This document shows, piece by piece, positions 43,023 to 51,789 of a stretch of DNA of 64,000 nt. Where the stretch lies: positions 1-64,000 of the IMG/VR virus record IMGVR_UViG_2802429318_000001. One strand, given 5' to 3'. Source of the stretch: a virus (Duplodnaviria; Caudoviricetes). The notes beneath the pieces were generated by a model. That model saw nothing but the letters and a program-made list of their open reading frames with translations, did not search any database and was not told the DNA's origin. The position numbers were made by a program, and so were the translations under genes. Each line of letters opens with the position of its first letter. The stretch's first letter is position 1.

Positions 43023-43178
43023 CTACCCCATGGCCGCGCCGATCGCGTACCCGACCAGGCTCACCGCCACCACGGACAGACCCAGCGCGGCCCCCTGCTG
43101 CTTAGCGACCTTGCCCAGGTACGCCTGGCCCGCCATCGCCGCCACCATCACGATGATGGCCTTCTGCTTCTTCGACAT
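43023..43178 (-). CDS. 51-aa hydrophobic peptide (not in the ORF track)
   Basis: AAAGGAGGTGA RBS; MSKKQKAIIVMVAAMAGQAYLGKVAKQQGAALGLSVVAVSLVGYAIGAAMG*. Confidence 0.75.
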   Translation of the reverse strand: MSKKQKAIIVMVAAMAGQAYLGKVAKQQGAALGLSVVAVSLVGYAIGAAMG

Positions 43179-43262
43179 GCTCACTCACCTCCTTTCAGTT
43201 GGAGCTGAGGCGAGCGTCGCACACGCCACTGACAACGGCCTCGATGAGCGGGGAGGCACCGC

Positions 43263-43454
43263 ATGGCAGATCTCCCTCCCACACCCGCACCGGCCGGGCC
43301 TCTCACCGCGGACACGGCGCTCGGCCACGCGGCCCGGCTCCTGCTGAACGCGGAACTGATCACCGATCAGGCGCTCATGCAGCGCTACGAGAGCCTCGCC
43401 GACAGCTGGATCGCGATCGCCCGCACGCTCGACGTCCGCCAGGAGGGGCCGTGA
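43263..43454 (+). CDS. small hypothetical protein
   Basis: GGGAGG RBS. Confidence 0.65.
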   Translation: MADLPPTPAPAGPLTADTALGHAARLLLNAELITDQALMQRYESLADSWIAIARTLDVRQEGP

Positions 43455-43669
43455 CCGAGCCGCGCGCGAAGGCCTCCCACCGGGCTGCCGAGACCGAACT
43501 CGTCATCACCCGCGCCGACGGCACCGTCATCCCCCTCGGCCGCGGCGCCTACTGGCACCGCAACCCCCTCCGCCGCCTGTGGTGGCGCCTGTGGGGTCAG
43601 CCCCGCTTCAACCGCCGCGCCCGAGCGGCCAACCGCGCGGCACGGGCCGCCGACACTCAGGAGAGGTAG
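43451..43669 (+). CDS. small basic protein
   Basis: AGGAGG RBS; VITRADGTVIPLG...YWHRNPLRR. Confidence 0.68.
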   Translation: MTEPRAKASHRAAETELVITRADGTVIPLGRGAYWHRNPLRRLWWRLWGQPRFNRRARAANRAARAADTQER

Positions 43670-43671
43670 CC

Positions 43672-44310
43672 ATGGCCACCACGGTCGCATTCACCAGCAA
43701 GGGCCGCGAGATCGTGGCCGGCCGTCTCATCGGCACCAGCCCGACCCAGGCCGAGCCGAAGAACCTTGGTTGGGGCACGGGCGCCGGCACAGCCGCCGCG
43801 ACGGACGTGGCCGCTTTCACGGAGGCCGCCGAGTCCCGGGTGGCGGGCACCAGTTCGCAGGTGACGACGACGTCCTCGAACGACACCTACCAGGTGGCTG
43901 GCACGATGACGTCGGCGTCCGGGCAGACGATCACGGAGACGTTCCTGTCGGACTCCGCGTCGAAGCCCGCGGCGACGACCGCGAACGGCGCGATCTCCTC
44001 GACGTCCTCGACCTCGATCACCGTCGCCTCGGCGTCAGGATTCCCGGGGTCCGGGAACTACAACATCCAGATCGACTCCGAGGTTCTGCTCGTCACCGGC
44101 GGCCAGGGCACCACGACGTGGACGGTCACCCGCGGCGTCAACGGCTCGACGGCTGCCACGCACTCCAACGGCGCCGTCATCACCGGCGGGAACGCCCCCG
44201 GTTCGAGCGCGGTGACGAACGGGTCGCTGCTGATCCACGCGTCTTTCACGGGACTGGCGCTGAACACGGGCGACTCCTTGACGGCCACGACGAAGCTCAG
44301 CTTCTCCTGA
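43672..44310 (+). CDS. virion structural protein (fibre/collar-like, Thr/Ser-rich)
   Basis: GWGTG...ITE motif pattern with an inserted beta domain. Confidence 0.7.
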   Translation: MATTVAFTSKGREIVAGRLIGTSPTQAEPKNLGWGTGAGTAAATDVAAFTEAAESRVAGTSSQVTTTSSNDTYQVAGTMTSASGQTITETFLSDSASKPAATTANGAISSTSSTSITVASASGFPGSGNYNIQIDSEVLLVTGGQGTTTWTVTRGVNGSTAATHSNGAVITGGNAPGSSAVTNGSLLIHASFTGLALNTGDSLTATTKLSFS

Positions 44311-44342
44311 CCCGCTGACAGCACCTGCGGGAGGAGAACGCA

Positions 44343-46925
44343 GTGTCGATCTCCGCCGTGGGCACGTTGCAAGCCAACCGCGGGACGGGCGTCACCACGC
44401 TGACCGTGTCGAGCCCCACCGTCGGCAACGCCTGGCTGCTCGCGGTCCGCGTCGCCTCCAGCTCGATCACGGTGTCCTCCGTGTCCGGCGGCGGCCCGTC
44501 CACCTGGACCCGCATCGCCTCGGTGTCGCAGGCCGTCGTCAACGGCACCCTGGAGATCTGGCTCGGCACGATCGCCGCAACCACCCCGACGACGATCACG
44601 GTGACGTTCAGCGGGTCCGTCGCCGCCATCAGTACCGAGCTGTGCGCCGAACAGTTCTCCAGCAGCCTCGCCAACACCGTGTGGGCAGCCGACGGCACCG
44701 GCGGCAACACCAGCGGCTCAGCCACAACGGCGATCACCTTCCCATCGCTGACCCCGAGCGCAGGCGCGCGCCTCTACTACGGGTACGCCTACGTCACGAA
44801 CACCACCGTGGCGGGCTCGACTTCCGGTTTCACGTACACGGTCACCGCCGCAGGCAACGCCGTTCTCTGGAATCCCGGCGTGACCGCAGCGTCCGCCCCC
44901 ACCTGCACGCAGACCCCGGCCGGCAACGTGGCCACGCTCGGCGTCCTCGTCCGAGCGAGCGGGGCCGTGAGCCTCGCCGGAGCGTCGACGGGCGGCAGCA
45001 GCATCGGCCGACAGGCCTGGCTCGCGCAAGCGGCGACCGGGACCGGCAACTCGCAGCTCGTCCGCACGGCAGCGGCACCACGGAGCGCTTCCGCAACGGC
45101 TGCAGCGAGCCTCTCGCGTACGGTCGGCCGGCCTCTGGCCGCAGCGGTCAGCACGGCGAGATCCCTCGCCGTGACGGCGGCCCGGGCGCTACTCCTGGTG
45201 GCAGCGGTTGTCGGCTCGGGCACCGTCCGGCGCGCAGTGGGCCAGAGCGCGGGCGCCGTGTCTCTCAGCGCGGCAACCGTGCGACGCGGCATCGGCCAGG
45301 CAGCCCCAGGTGCGGCGACGGGCGGCACCACGGTGAGGCGCGGTCTCGCGACAACGGCGGCGGCGAACCGGACGGCCGCGGCGGTGCTCATCCGAGGCCC
45401 GCAGGTCGCACTGACGCAGAGCGTGCACGGGACAGGGCTGCTGGCACGGATGGCCGGCGTCCGGGTGACGGCTGCCGGACTCGGCGTCGGACAGGCCCGG
45501 AACGGGGTCGGCCGTACGCTGGCAACGTCGACTACCGGCGCCACTGCTCTGGCCCGTGGAACTGCTGCGGTGGCCGCTGTCGCTGCCACGGCTGCGGCGA
45601 CCGTGCGGCGGGCGGCCGCTCGCGCCTATGCCGGGGCGGCTGGAGCAACGGCGGTCAGCATCGGGCAGGCGGCGCTCGGCCGGACGTACGCCGCCATCGC
45701 GAGCTCGGCTCCGGCGCTGAGCGTCGGGGCAGCCCTCTCCCGCTCGTACGCCGCCACGGCGACTGCGGTCGGCGCGGTGACACGGTCCGTCGCCCGCAGC
45801 GTCACGGTGGCCGCGACGGCCACTGCCACAGTCCTCGTCGGCTCCGTCCACCTCCTGATCCTGGCCGTGGCCAGCACGGCCGGGGCGGCGCTGATGCTCG
45901 GCCGGGCCGCGTTCCTCACGGCCCTCGCCACAACCACCGGCGCCGGTGCCCTCCGACGGACCCTCGCTCGCCCCGTCACCACCACGACGTCGGCCACGGG
46001 CAACCTCACACGCTCGGCCGCGACCGGCCTGACCGCAGGCTCGACGAGCACCAGCTCCCTCCGACGTGGCCTCGCCCGAGCCCAAGCCGCCTCGGCCACC
46101 GGCACGGCCAGCGTGCTGGTTGGTGCAGCGCTGTCGCTGATCCTCGCGGCCGCAGCGACCGCCGCCCGTACGGTCACGATCGCCAGGGCCACGTTCCTTG
46201 CCCTTGCCACCAACGGCCTGGGCAGTGGCAGTCTCACCCGCGGGGCCCACGCCGGACTTGCTGGATCGAGTACGAGCACCAGTGGCGTCACTCGGCGTGC
46301 CGGCCTGGTCGTCTCGGCCACTGCGACGGTGTCCGGAGCACTCGGCCGGGCCCTCGCGCAGGCCATGAACACGGTCGCAGGCAGCTCGCGCGCCGTGGCC
46401 CGCAGCGTGGGTCGGCCGCTTGCGGCCGGAGCGGTCGCCGTCACCGGCATCGAGCTGATGCGGTCCACGCTCATCCTCATCCTGGAGACGTCCGCGACCG
46501 GCGCGGTGTCCATGCTCCGGCGCGCTGCCCTCACCCGCGCGACAGCCGCGAACTCGACGGCTGGCCTCACCCGGGCCGCCACGCTCACCGCCCGGGCAGA
46601 CGTCCTCACCGCGAGCGTGCTGCGGCGCGCCACGGGCCGCACCGTGGCCACATCGGCGACCACGGCAACCTCGGCGAGCGTGGCCCGCGGCTATGCAGCG
46701 GTCCTGGCCGCTACCGCCGTCACCGCGGTGGAGACCGTCGTCCAGACCGTCCGCGCGCTCCGGGACCTCACCATCACGGTCACCGCCGGGCTCGCCCGCT
46801 GGTCAGTCCAAGACCTCCGGGCCCGTTGGACCGCCGAACAGGCGGGCCCGCGCTGGTCGATCCGGGAGCCGGCCGCGCGCTGGCGGGCATGGCTGAGTGG
46901 CGGCCGCTGGCGAACGTGGTTCTAG
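44343..46925 (+). CDS. long repetitive fibre-like protein (about 18-aa Ala/Thr/Arg repeats)
   Basis: N-terminal beta-rich domain; many 18-aa repeats (RRAVGQSAGAVSLSAATV, RRGIGQAAPGAATGGTTV); RW-repeat C-terminus. Confidence 0.72.
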   Translation: MSISAVGTLQANRGTGVTTLTVSSPTVGNAWLLAVRVASSSITVSSVSGGGPSTWTRIASVSQAVVNGTLEIWLGTIAATTPTTITVTFSGSVAAISTELCAEQFSSSLANTVWAADGTGGNTSGSATTAITFPSLTPSAGARLYYGYAYVTNTTVAGSTSGFTYTVTAAGNAVLWNPGVTAASAPTCTQTPAGNVATLGVLVRASGAVSLAGASTGGSSIGRQAWLAQAATGTGNSQLVRTAAAPRSASATAAASLSRTVGRPLAAAVSTARSLAVTAARALLLVAAVVGSGTVRRAVGQSAGAVSLSAATVRRGIGQAAPGAATGGTTVRRGLATTAAANRTAAAVLIRGPQVALTQSVHGTGLLARMAGVRVTAAGLGVGQARNGVGRTLATSTTGATALARGTAAVAAVAATAAATVRRAAARAYAGAAGATAVSIGQAALGRTYAAIASSAPALSVGAALSRSYAATATAVGAVTRSVARSVTVAATATATVLVGSVHLLILAVASTAGAALMLGRAAFLTALATTTGAGALRRTLARPVTTTTSATGNLTRSAATGLTAGSTSTSSLRRGLARAQAASATGTASVLVGAALSLILAAAATAARTVTIARATFLALATNGLGSGSLTRGAHAGLAGSSTSTSGVTRRAGLVVSATATVSGALGRALAQAMNTVAGSSRAVARSVGRPLAAGAVAVTGIELMRSTLILILETSATGAVSMLRRAALTRATAANSTAGLTRAATLTARADVLTASVLRRATGRTVATSATTATSASVARGYAAVLAATAVTAVETVVQTVRALRDLTITVTAGLARWSVQDLRARWTAEQAGPRWSIREPAARWRAWLSGGRWRTWF

Positions 46926-46938
46926 GGGAGGGGCACGG

Positions 46939-47256
46939 GTGCAAACGATCTCTGTTCAGTCCCTGGAGTACGTGCAGGCACAGGTGACCGCCACCGTGGC
47001 AGGAGCCCCCTACAACCCGACGGTGGACGCGGTTGAGTTCGCGTTCACCAGCGGCAGCGCCCAACCCACCCAGTGGTACACGGGCAGTTGGGACACCAGC
47101 CAGCCCAACCCCGGGACGAGCGCCTACTGCGCGCAGATCCTCGTCGGCCCCAGCGGAACGGTCGAGCTGCCAGCAGGCCGCTACACCTACTGGATCAAGA
47201 TCCACGACAACCCCGAGACGCCCGTTCTGCCCGTCGGACAGCTCGCGATCACCTAG
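46939..47256 (+). CDS. Ig-like/BppU-like adaptor protein
   Basis: Beta-rich; LPAGRYTYWIKIHDNPETPV. Confidence 0.6.
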   Translation: MQTISVQSLEYVQAQVTATVAGAPYNPTVDAVEFAFTSGSAQPTQWYTGSWDTSQPNPGTSAYCAQILVGPSGTVELPAGRYTYWIKIHDNPETPVLPVGQLAIT

Positions 47257-47266
47257 GAGGCCTGGC

Positions 47267-47704
47267 GTGGACGCCCTCACCCAATCCCCAGCCCCCCAAC
47301 TCGCCACCCCGCCAGCGGCCGCCGCACCTGAGGGCCCGGTGTGCACGGCCTGCGGGGACGCGGCGGTCGTGCAGTGGCAGCGCCGGCCGACCGACGCCGA
47401 GGTCGCCGAGACCGTCCGTGCGGAGCAGGAGCGCCGCGACCAGGTCGTCCTCCTCTCCGATCCGCAACTCCCGGAGCCTGTGTTCGGGCCGCTGCCGTCG
47501 GCGGACGGCATGACGCGCGCCGTGTACGGGTGCGCCGCGCATGCCGTCACTCTGGACCTCGCGGCACGCGTGCACGCCAGCACGTGCACGGCCCCGGCCG
47601 AAGGCGATCTCCCGGGGTGCGGCTGCAAGCCCGAACCCGCCCCGACCGCGCCCCTGGAAGAGGCGCCCCTGCTGCCGGACCACTGGGTGACGGGCGGCAA
47701 CTGA
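47267..47704 (+). CDS. Cys/His-rich hypothetical protein
   Basis: AGGAGG RBS; CTAC...CAAH...HASTC...CGC. Confidence 0.7.
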   Translation: MDALTQSPAPQLATPPAAAAPEGPVCTACGDAAVVQWQRRPTDAEVAETVRAEQERRDQVVLLSDPQLPEPVFGPLPSADGMTRAVYGCAAHAVTLDLAARVHASTCTAPAEGDLPGCGCKPEPAPTAPLEEAPLLPDHWVTGGN

Positions 47705-48375
47705 TGCCGAAGCAGGGGCATGGACGTGAGCTGCCCGAAGGGTTCGAGGAGTTCCGGGCGGACGGCAACCGCCGCTGCTGGAGCCGCAGCAAGAAGAGCA
47801 ACGGGGAGCAGTGCGGTGCCCCAGCCATGCTCGGCCAGAACATCTGCCACCACCACGGCGGGTCCGCGCCGCAGAGCATCAGAGCGGCCAAGGAGCGGCT
47901 GTCCGAAGAGAGGGCGCGGAAGCTCGTGGCAACCTACGGCCGGAAGATCGAGACCACCGCCACGGAGGCGCTCCTCGACGAGGTGCAGTGGACGGCCGGA
48001 CACGTCGCCTGGCTGCGGGAACGCGTCCAGGAGATCGAAGAGGGCGCGGTCGCGGACGGGACGGACGGCGCGCATCCGTTGGTATGGGGCGTCACCCGCG
48101 AGAAGACCGGCGGCGAAGACCATGGGGTCACCTCCGAGGCCTCCCCGAACGTCTGGTTGAAGCTGTACCAGCAGGAGCGCACGCACCTGGTGAAGGTGTG
48201 CGAGGCGGCTATCCGCGCGGGCATCGAGGAGCGGCGGGTCCGGCTGGCGGAGGAGCAGGGCGCCCTCGTGGCACAGGTGATCAGGCTGATCCTGGCCGAC
48301 CTCGACCTGACGGCGGAGCAGCGGCAGCGAGTACCGGAGATCGTGCCGCGCCATCTGCGCGCGCTGGGATCCTGA
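47704..48375 (+). CDS. putative terminase small subunit (Zn-finger C..HGG type)
   Basis: C...C...CHHHGG motif; directly upstream of TerL. Confidence 0.75.
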   Translation: MPKQGHGRELPEGFEEFRADGNRRCWSRSKKSNGEQCGAPAMLGQNICHHHGGSAPQSIRAAKERLSEERARKLVATYGRKIETTATEALLDEVQWTAGHVAWLRERVQEIEEGAVADGTDGAHPLVWGVTREKTGGEDHGVTSEASPNVWLKLYQQERTHLVKVCEAAIRAGIEERRVRLAEEQGALVAQVIRLILADLDLTAEQRQRVPEIVPRHLRALGS

Positions 48376-48390
48376 CCGGGGAGGCGGCCG

Positions 48391-49920
48391 ATGACCGCCA
48401 CCATGGACTGGTCCGAGTTTGCGGCGAAGGCGTTCGAGGGCCGCGACGTGTTCGGGCTCCTTGGCTACGTGCCGACTCCGAAGCAGCGCGAATTCCATGC
48501 CGCGACCGAGTTCGACGTCCTGTACGGCGGCGCGGCCGGGGGCGGGAAGACGCGGGCGCTCCTCATGGACGCGATCCGGGACTGCGATCAGTACCCGGGA
48601 CTCCGTGTCGGCGCGTTCCGGCGGACGTACGGCGAGCTGAAAGAGTCGCTGATCGCCGAGCTGGCGCAGGTCGAGTTCGCGCAGGCGTTGGGGGCGCGCT
48701 GGAACGGTACGGAGTTCGAGCTGAAGTTCGCTAACGGCAGCTTGATCATGTTCCGGTACGCCGAGAGCGTTCAGGACGCCACCAGGCGCCAGGGCGGGCA
48801 GTACCAGAAGCTGCTGTTCGACGAGCGCACCCTGACACCGCCCGACGTCGTCAGCTTCCTGGAGACCCGGCTGCGGTCCGGCCGCCGCGACATCCCCGTC
48901 CTCGGCATCCGCTCGGGCACGAACCCTGGCGGGGCCGGACACGGAGCGGTAAAAACCCGCTACATCAAGCCGACGAACTACGGCAAGAAGGTCATCACCG
49001 ACGCCCGCAACCGCACCGTCCGCTTCATCCCCTCGAAGCTGTCGGACAACCCGCACGTCAACCCCGAGTACGCCGGCGACCTCCAGGCCCTCGACGGCAA
49101 GCTCCGCAGCGCCTTTCTGGACGGTGACTGGGACGTGTTCGCCGGCCAGATGTTCCCCGAGCTCAAGCGCGACCGGCACGTCGTCCAACCGATCACCCTG
49201 CCCGCCTCGTGGAAGCGGTACAACGGCGTCGACTGGGGCTTCAGCGCCCCATGGGCCGTGCTCTGGGCGGCAGTCGACGAAGACGGCCGCGTCTGGGTCT
49301 ACCGCGAGATCTACCAGCGCGGTGTTGGCGAAGCTGATCAGGCCAAGCAGATCCTCGCCGCCGAGACGGCCGACGAGCACGTCGCTGTCCGGTTCGCCGA
49401 CGACGCGATGTGGGCCACCCGCGGCGACGCGAAAGCAATCTCCGACGTCTACGCAGAGAACGGCGTCCACCTCACCCAGGCAGGGAAGGGCGACGGCAGC
49501 CGTGTGACGGGCTGGCAACGCGTCCGCTCCTACCTCAAAGAAGGCCCGGCGTGCCCGCACCACCGGGCGCAGGGCTGGACCACCTGCCCGATGATCCACC
49601 TCTTCAACACGGTCACCGAGCTCTACCGCGAGCTCACCGACCTGCCACATGCCACCAAGGGCAACCCGGAAGACGCCGACACGACGGCCGACGACCACGC
49701 CTCGGACGGCCTCCGCTACCTGCTGACGAACCTCGGCGCGGGCCCGGAAATGGTGATCCTCGACGAGGCGCCGACCGAGCCGATCGCCGACGCCTTGCAG
49801 CCGCTGGGAATGACGATGGCCGTGCGCCCGGACTCCGGGGCTGCGCCGGATGACGCCTGGTGGGCTGACGATGACGACACGCCGCGTGCGGGGAGGACGG
49901 TGGAATCCCCGTGGGGCTGA
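48391..49920 (+). CDS. terL: terminase large subunit
   Basis: YGGAAGGGKT Walker A, LLFDE Walker B, TNPGG, GVDWG and DDHASDGLRY nuclease motifs. Confidence 0.95.
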   Translation: MTATMDWSEFAAKAFEGRDVFGLLGYVPTPKQREFHAATEFDVLYGGAAGGGKTRALLMDAIRDCDQYPGLRVGAFRRTYGELKESLIAELAQVEFAQALGARWNGTEFELKFANGSLIMFRYAESVQDATRRQGGQYQKLLFDERTLTPPDVVSFLETRLRSGRRDIPVLGIRSGTNPGGAGHGAVKTRYIKPTNYGKKVITDARNRTVRFIPSKLSDNPHVNPEYAGDLQALDGKLRSAFLDGDWDVFAGQMFPELKRDRHVVQPITLPASWKRYNGVDWGFSAPWAVLWAAVDEDGRVWVYREIYQRGVGEADQAKQILAAETADEHVAVRFADDAMWATRGDAKAISDVYAENGVHLTQAGKGDGSRVTGWQRVRSYLKEGPACPHHRAQGWTTCPMIHLFNTVTELYRELTDLPHATKGNPEDADTTADDHASDGLRYLLTNLGAGPEMVILDEAPTEPIADALQPLGMTMAVRPDSGAAPDDAWWADDDDTPRAGRTVESPWG

Positions 49921-51482
49921 AGAGTTGGTGGCAGGGCCTGCGCGCCGAACCGGAAGTGCTGGAGCGGGCGCCCGCGCAGGGCAAGCTGCCGGAGCGCACC
50001 GGCTACGAGTTCGGGATCGGCCCGGGCGGCCTGACCGAGAGCAACCAGGGCCTCGGCGCGGGCACGCAGACGGACCGCCGGTCGACGCTCGACCAGCTCT
50101 ACCAGGCGTACTTGGCCTGCCCGTGGGCCTGGGCGTCCGTGAACGCGATCGCCCGCACGATCACAGCGGGCGGCCTGGTCACGGACTGGGACAACGACGA
50201 CGGCGAGGGCGACCAGGAGACGCCGGACAAGCCGGCCGAGGTGAAGCTCCTCGAAGGCATGCTGGCGTACTGCAACCCGCGGGAGAACATCCGGCAGATC
50301 CTCCGCTCGGTGGTCGTCGACCTGCTGGTGTTCGGCGACGCGTACATCGAGGTCGTGTGGATCGGCTCCCAGCCGGTCGCGCTGTACTCGCTGGACTGCC
50401 CGAGCATGATGCCGATCGCCGACGAGCACGGCAACGTCACCTCGTACGTGCAGGTGACGGAGATGGGGCAGCGCGCCACGTTCGAGCCGCGCGAGGTCAT
50501 CCACATCTCGCTGGACTCGCCTCGCAGTTCGGTGTTCGGTGTGTCGCCGACGCAGGCCGCGTTGCTGCCGATCACGGGGTGGCTGTTCGCTGCGGCGACG
50601 ACGAAGGAGATCTTCCGGAAGGGCGCTCCTCCACAGCTGTGGATCGACCACGCGTCGAGCACGTCGGCGGCGGAGATCAACCGGTGGAACGCCCAGTACC
50701 AGGCACGGAACGTCGGCCCGAGGAACATCGGCAACCCGATCAACACCAAGGGCGGCGCCAAGGTCGAAGAACTGGCGCAGTCCCGGACGATGGACTACCT
50801 CAAGTACCTGGAGCAGAAGCGGGACGAGATCATCGCCTCGTACGGTGTGCCTCCGGCGAAGGTCGGGATCATCGAGTCCGGGAACCTGGGTGGCGGTACG
50901 GGGGAGTCCCAGGACCGCACCTTCATGATCAACACTTGTCAGCCCATCGCCGAACTCGTCCTCGAAGCCCTCAACTTCGCCCTGGCCAAGGCCGGATTCG
51001 GAGTGACCGGCTGGCGCCTGAAATTCCGCGACATCGACATGCGGGACAGCAAGACCGTCGAGGAAATCCGCGACCAGCGACTCCGCAACGGAGCCTGGAC
51101 CCTCAACCGGTACAGGGCCGACATCGGCGAACCCGCCGTGGACGGCGGCGACCAGCCGATCCTCATTGACCACGAGAACCTCGTCAGCTGGGCCGACATG
51201 GACGCGGCGTCCAAGGCGTCGATCGCCTCCAAGCTGAAGGGCACCGCACTGGATCCGGCCGAGCCGGTCCAGGGCGAGCCGATCGGCGTGGAGAAGCCGG
51301 AACCGGCCCCCACGCCGCCGCAGTTGGTGCCGTTCGCGGGCGGCGCGCCGCCGGAATCGGACGACGACAGCGCCCCGGACGACGACCTGCCCGAGGAATC
51401 GGCCCGGGACGTGTACCGGCGTCGGCTCCGCGAGGCGCTGGCCGCGCTCCCTGGAGGGATCGATGAGCGAGCAGCCGCCTGA
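49911..51482 (+). CDS. portal protein
   Basis: HK97-type portal motifs: GDAYIE, EVIHI, FGVSP, IIASYGVPP, TLNRYR. Confidence 0.93.
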   Translation: MGLKSWWQGLRAEPEVLERAPAQGKLPERTGYEFGIGPGGLTESNQGLGAGTQTDRRSTLDQLYQAYLACPWAWASVNAIARTITAGGLVTDWDNDDGEGDQETPDKPAEVKLLEGMLAYCNPRENIRQILRSVVVDLLVFGDAYIEVVWIGSQPVALYSLDCPSMMPIADEHGNVTSYVQVTEMGQRATFEPREVIHISLDSPRSSVFGVSPTQAALLPITGWLFAAATTKEIFRKGAPPQLWIDHASSTSAAEINRWNAQYQARNVGPRNIGNPINTKGGAKVEELAQSRTMDYLKYLEQKRDEIIASYGVPPAKVGIIESGNLGGGTGESQDRTFMINTCQPIAELVLEALNFALAKAGFGVTGWRLKFRDIDMRDSKTVEEIRDQRLRNGAWTLNRYRADIGEPAVDGGDQPILIDHENLVSWADMDAASKASIASKLKGTALDPAEPVQGEPIGVEKPEPAPTPPQLVPFAGGAPPESDDDSAPDDDLPEESARDVYRRRLREALAALPGGIDERAAA

Positions 51483-51576
51483 CCCGCCGCCGCAGCCCGT
51501 CCAGCCCCCGGATCCGCCCGGGCATCCGCTCCGGGCGAAGGACGTGACCGCGCTGATCAAGAAGAGGGTCGGATGA
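51463..51576 (+). CDS. 37-aa Pro-rich peptide
   Basis: GGAGG RBS; stop overlaps the next ATG. Confidence 0.45.
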   Translation: MSEQPPDPPPQPVQPPDPPGHPLRAKDVTALIKKRVG

Positions 51577-51773
51577 TCGACATCCAGGATCTGAAGAAGA
51601 TCGAGATCCAGCCGGGCGACGCCTTCGTCGTCCAGTCCGACCAGGGCATTACTGCGGCCGAGGCGCAGCGCCTGAAGGACGCCTGGGCCAAGTTCTTCGG
51701 TGACGTCCCGCTCTTCATCCTCTCCCAAGCCAAGCTGGTCCAGCTCAGACCCGTCAGCACCACGGACGGCTGA
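51573..51773 (+). CDS. small hypothetical protein
   Basis: MIDIQDLKKIEIQPGD... Confidence 0.6.
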   Translation: MIDIQDLKKIEIQPGDAFVVQSDQGITAAEAQRLKDAWAKFFGDVPLFILSQAKLVQLRPVSTTDG

Positions 51774-51789
51774 CCCGCAGGGGGTGACC

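Noticed and set aside
44343-46925. Diversity-generating retroelement target or collagen-like fibre
   Set aside because: No reverse transcriptase or TR/VR pair seen, and the repeats are not Gly-X-Y.
46780-49698. 972-aa minus-strand ORF
   Set aside because: Antisense shadow of terS/terL caused by high-GC codon bias; no motifs or RBS.
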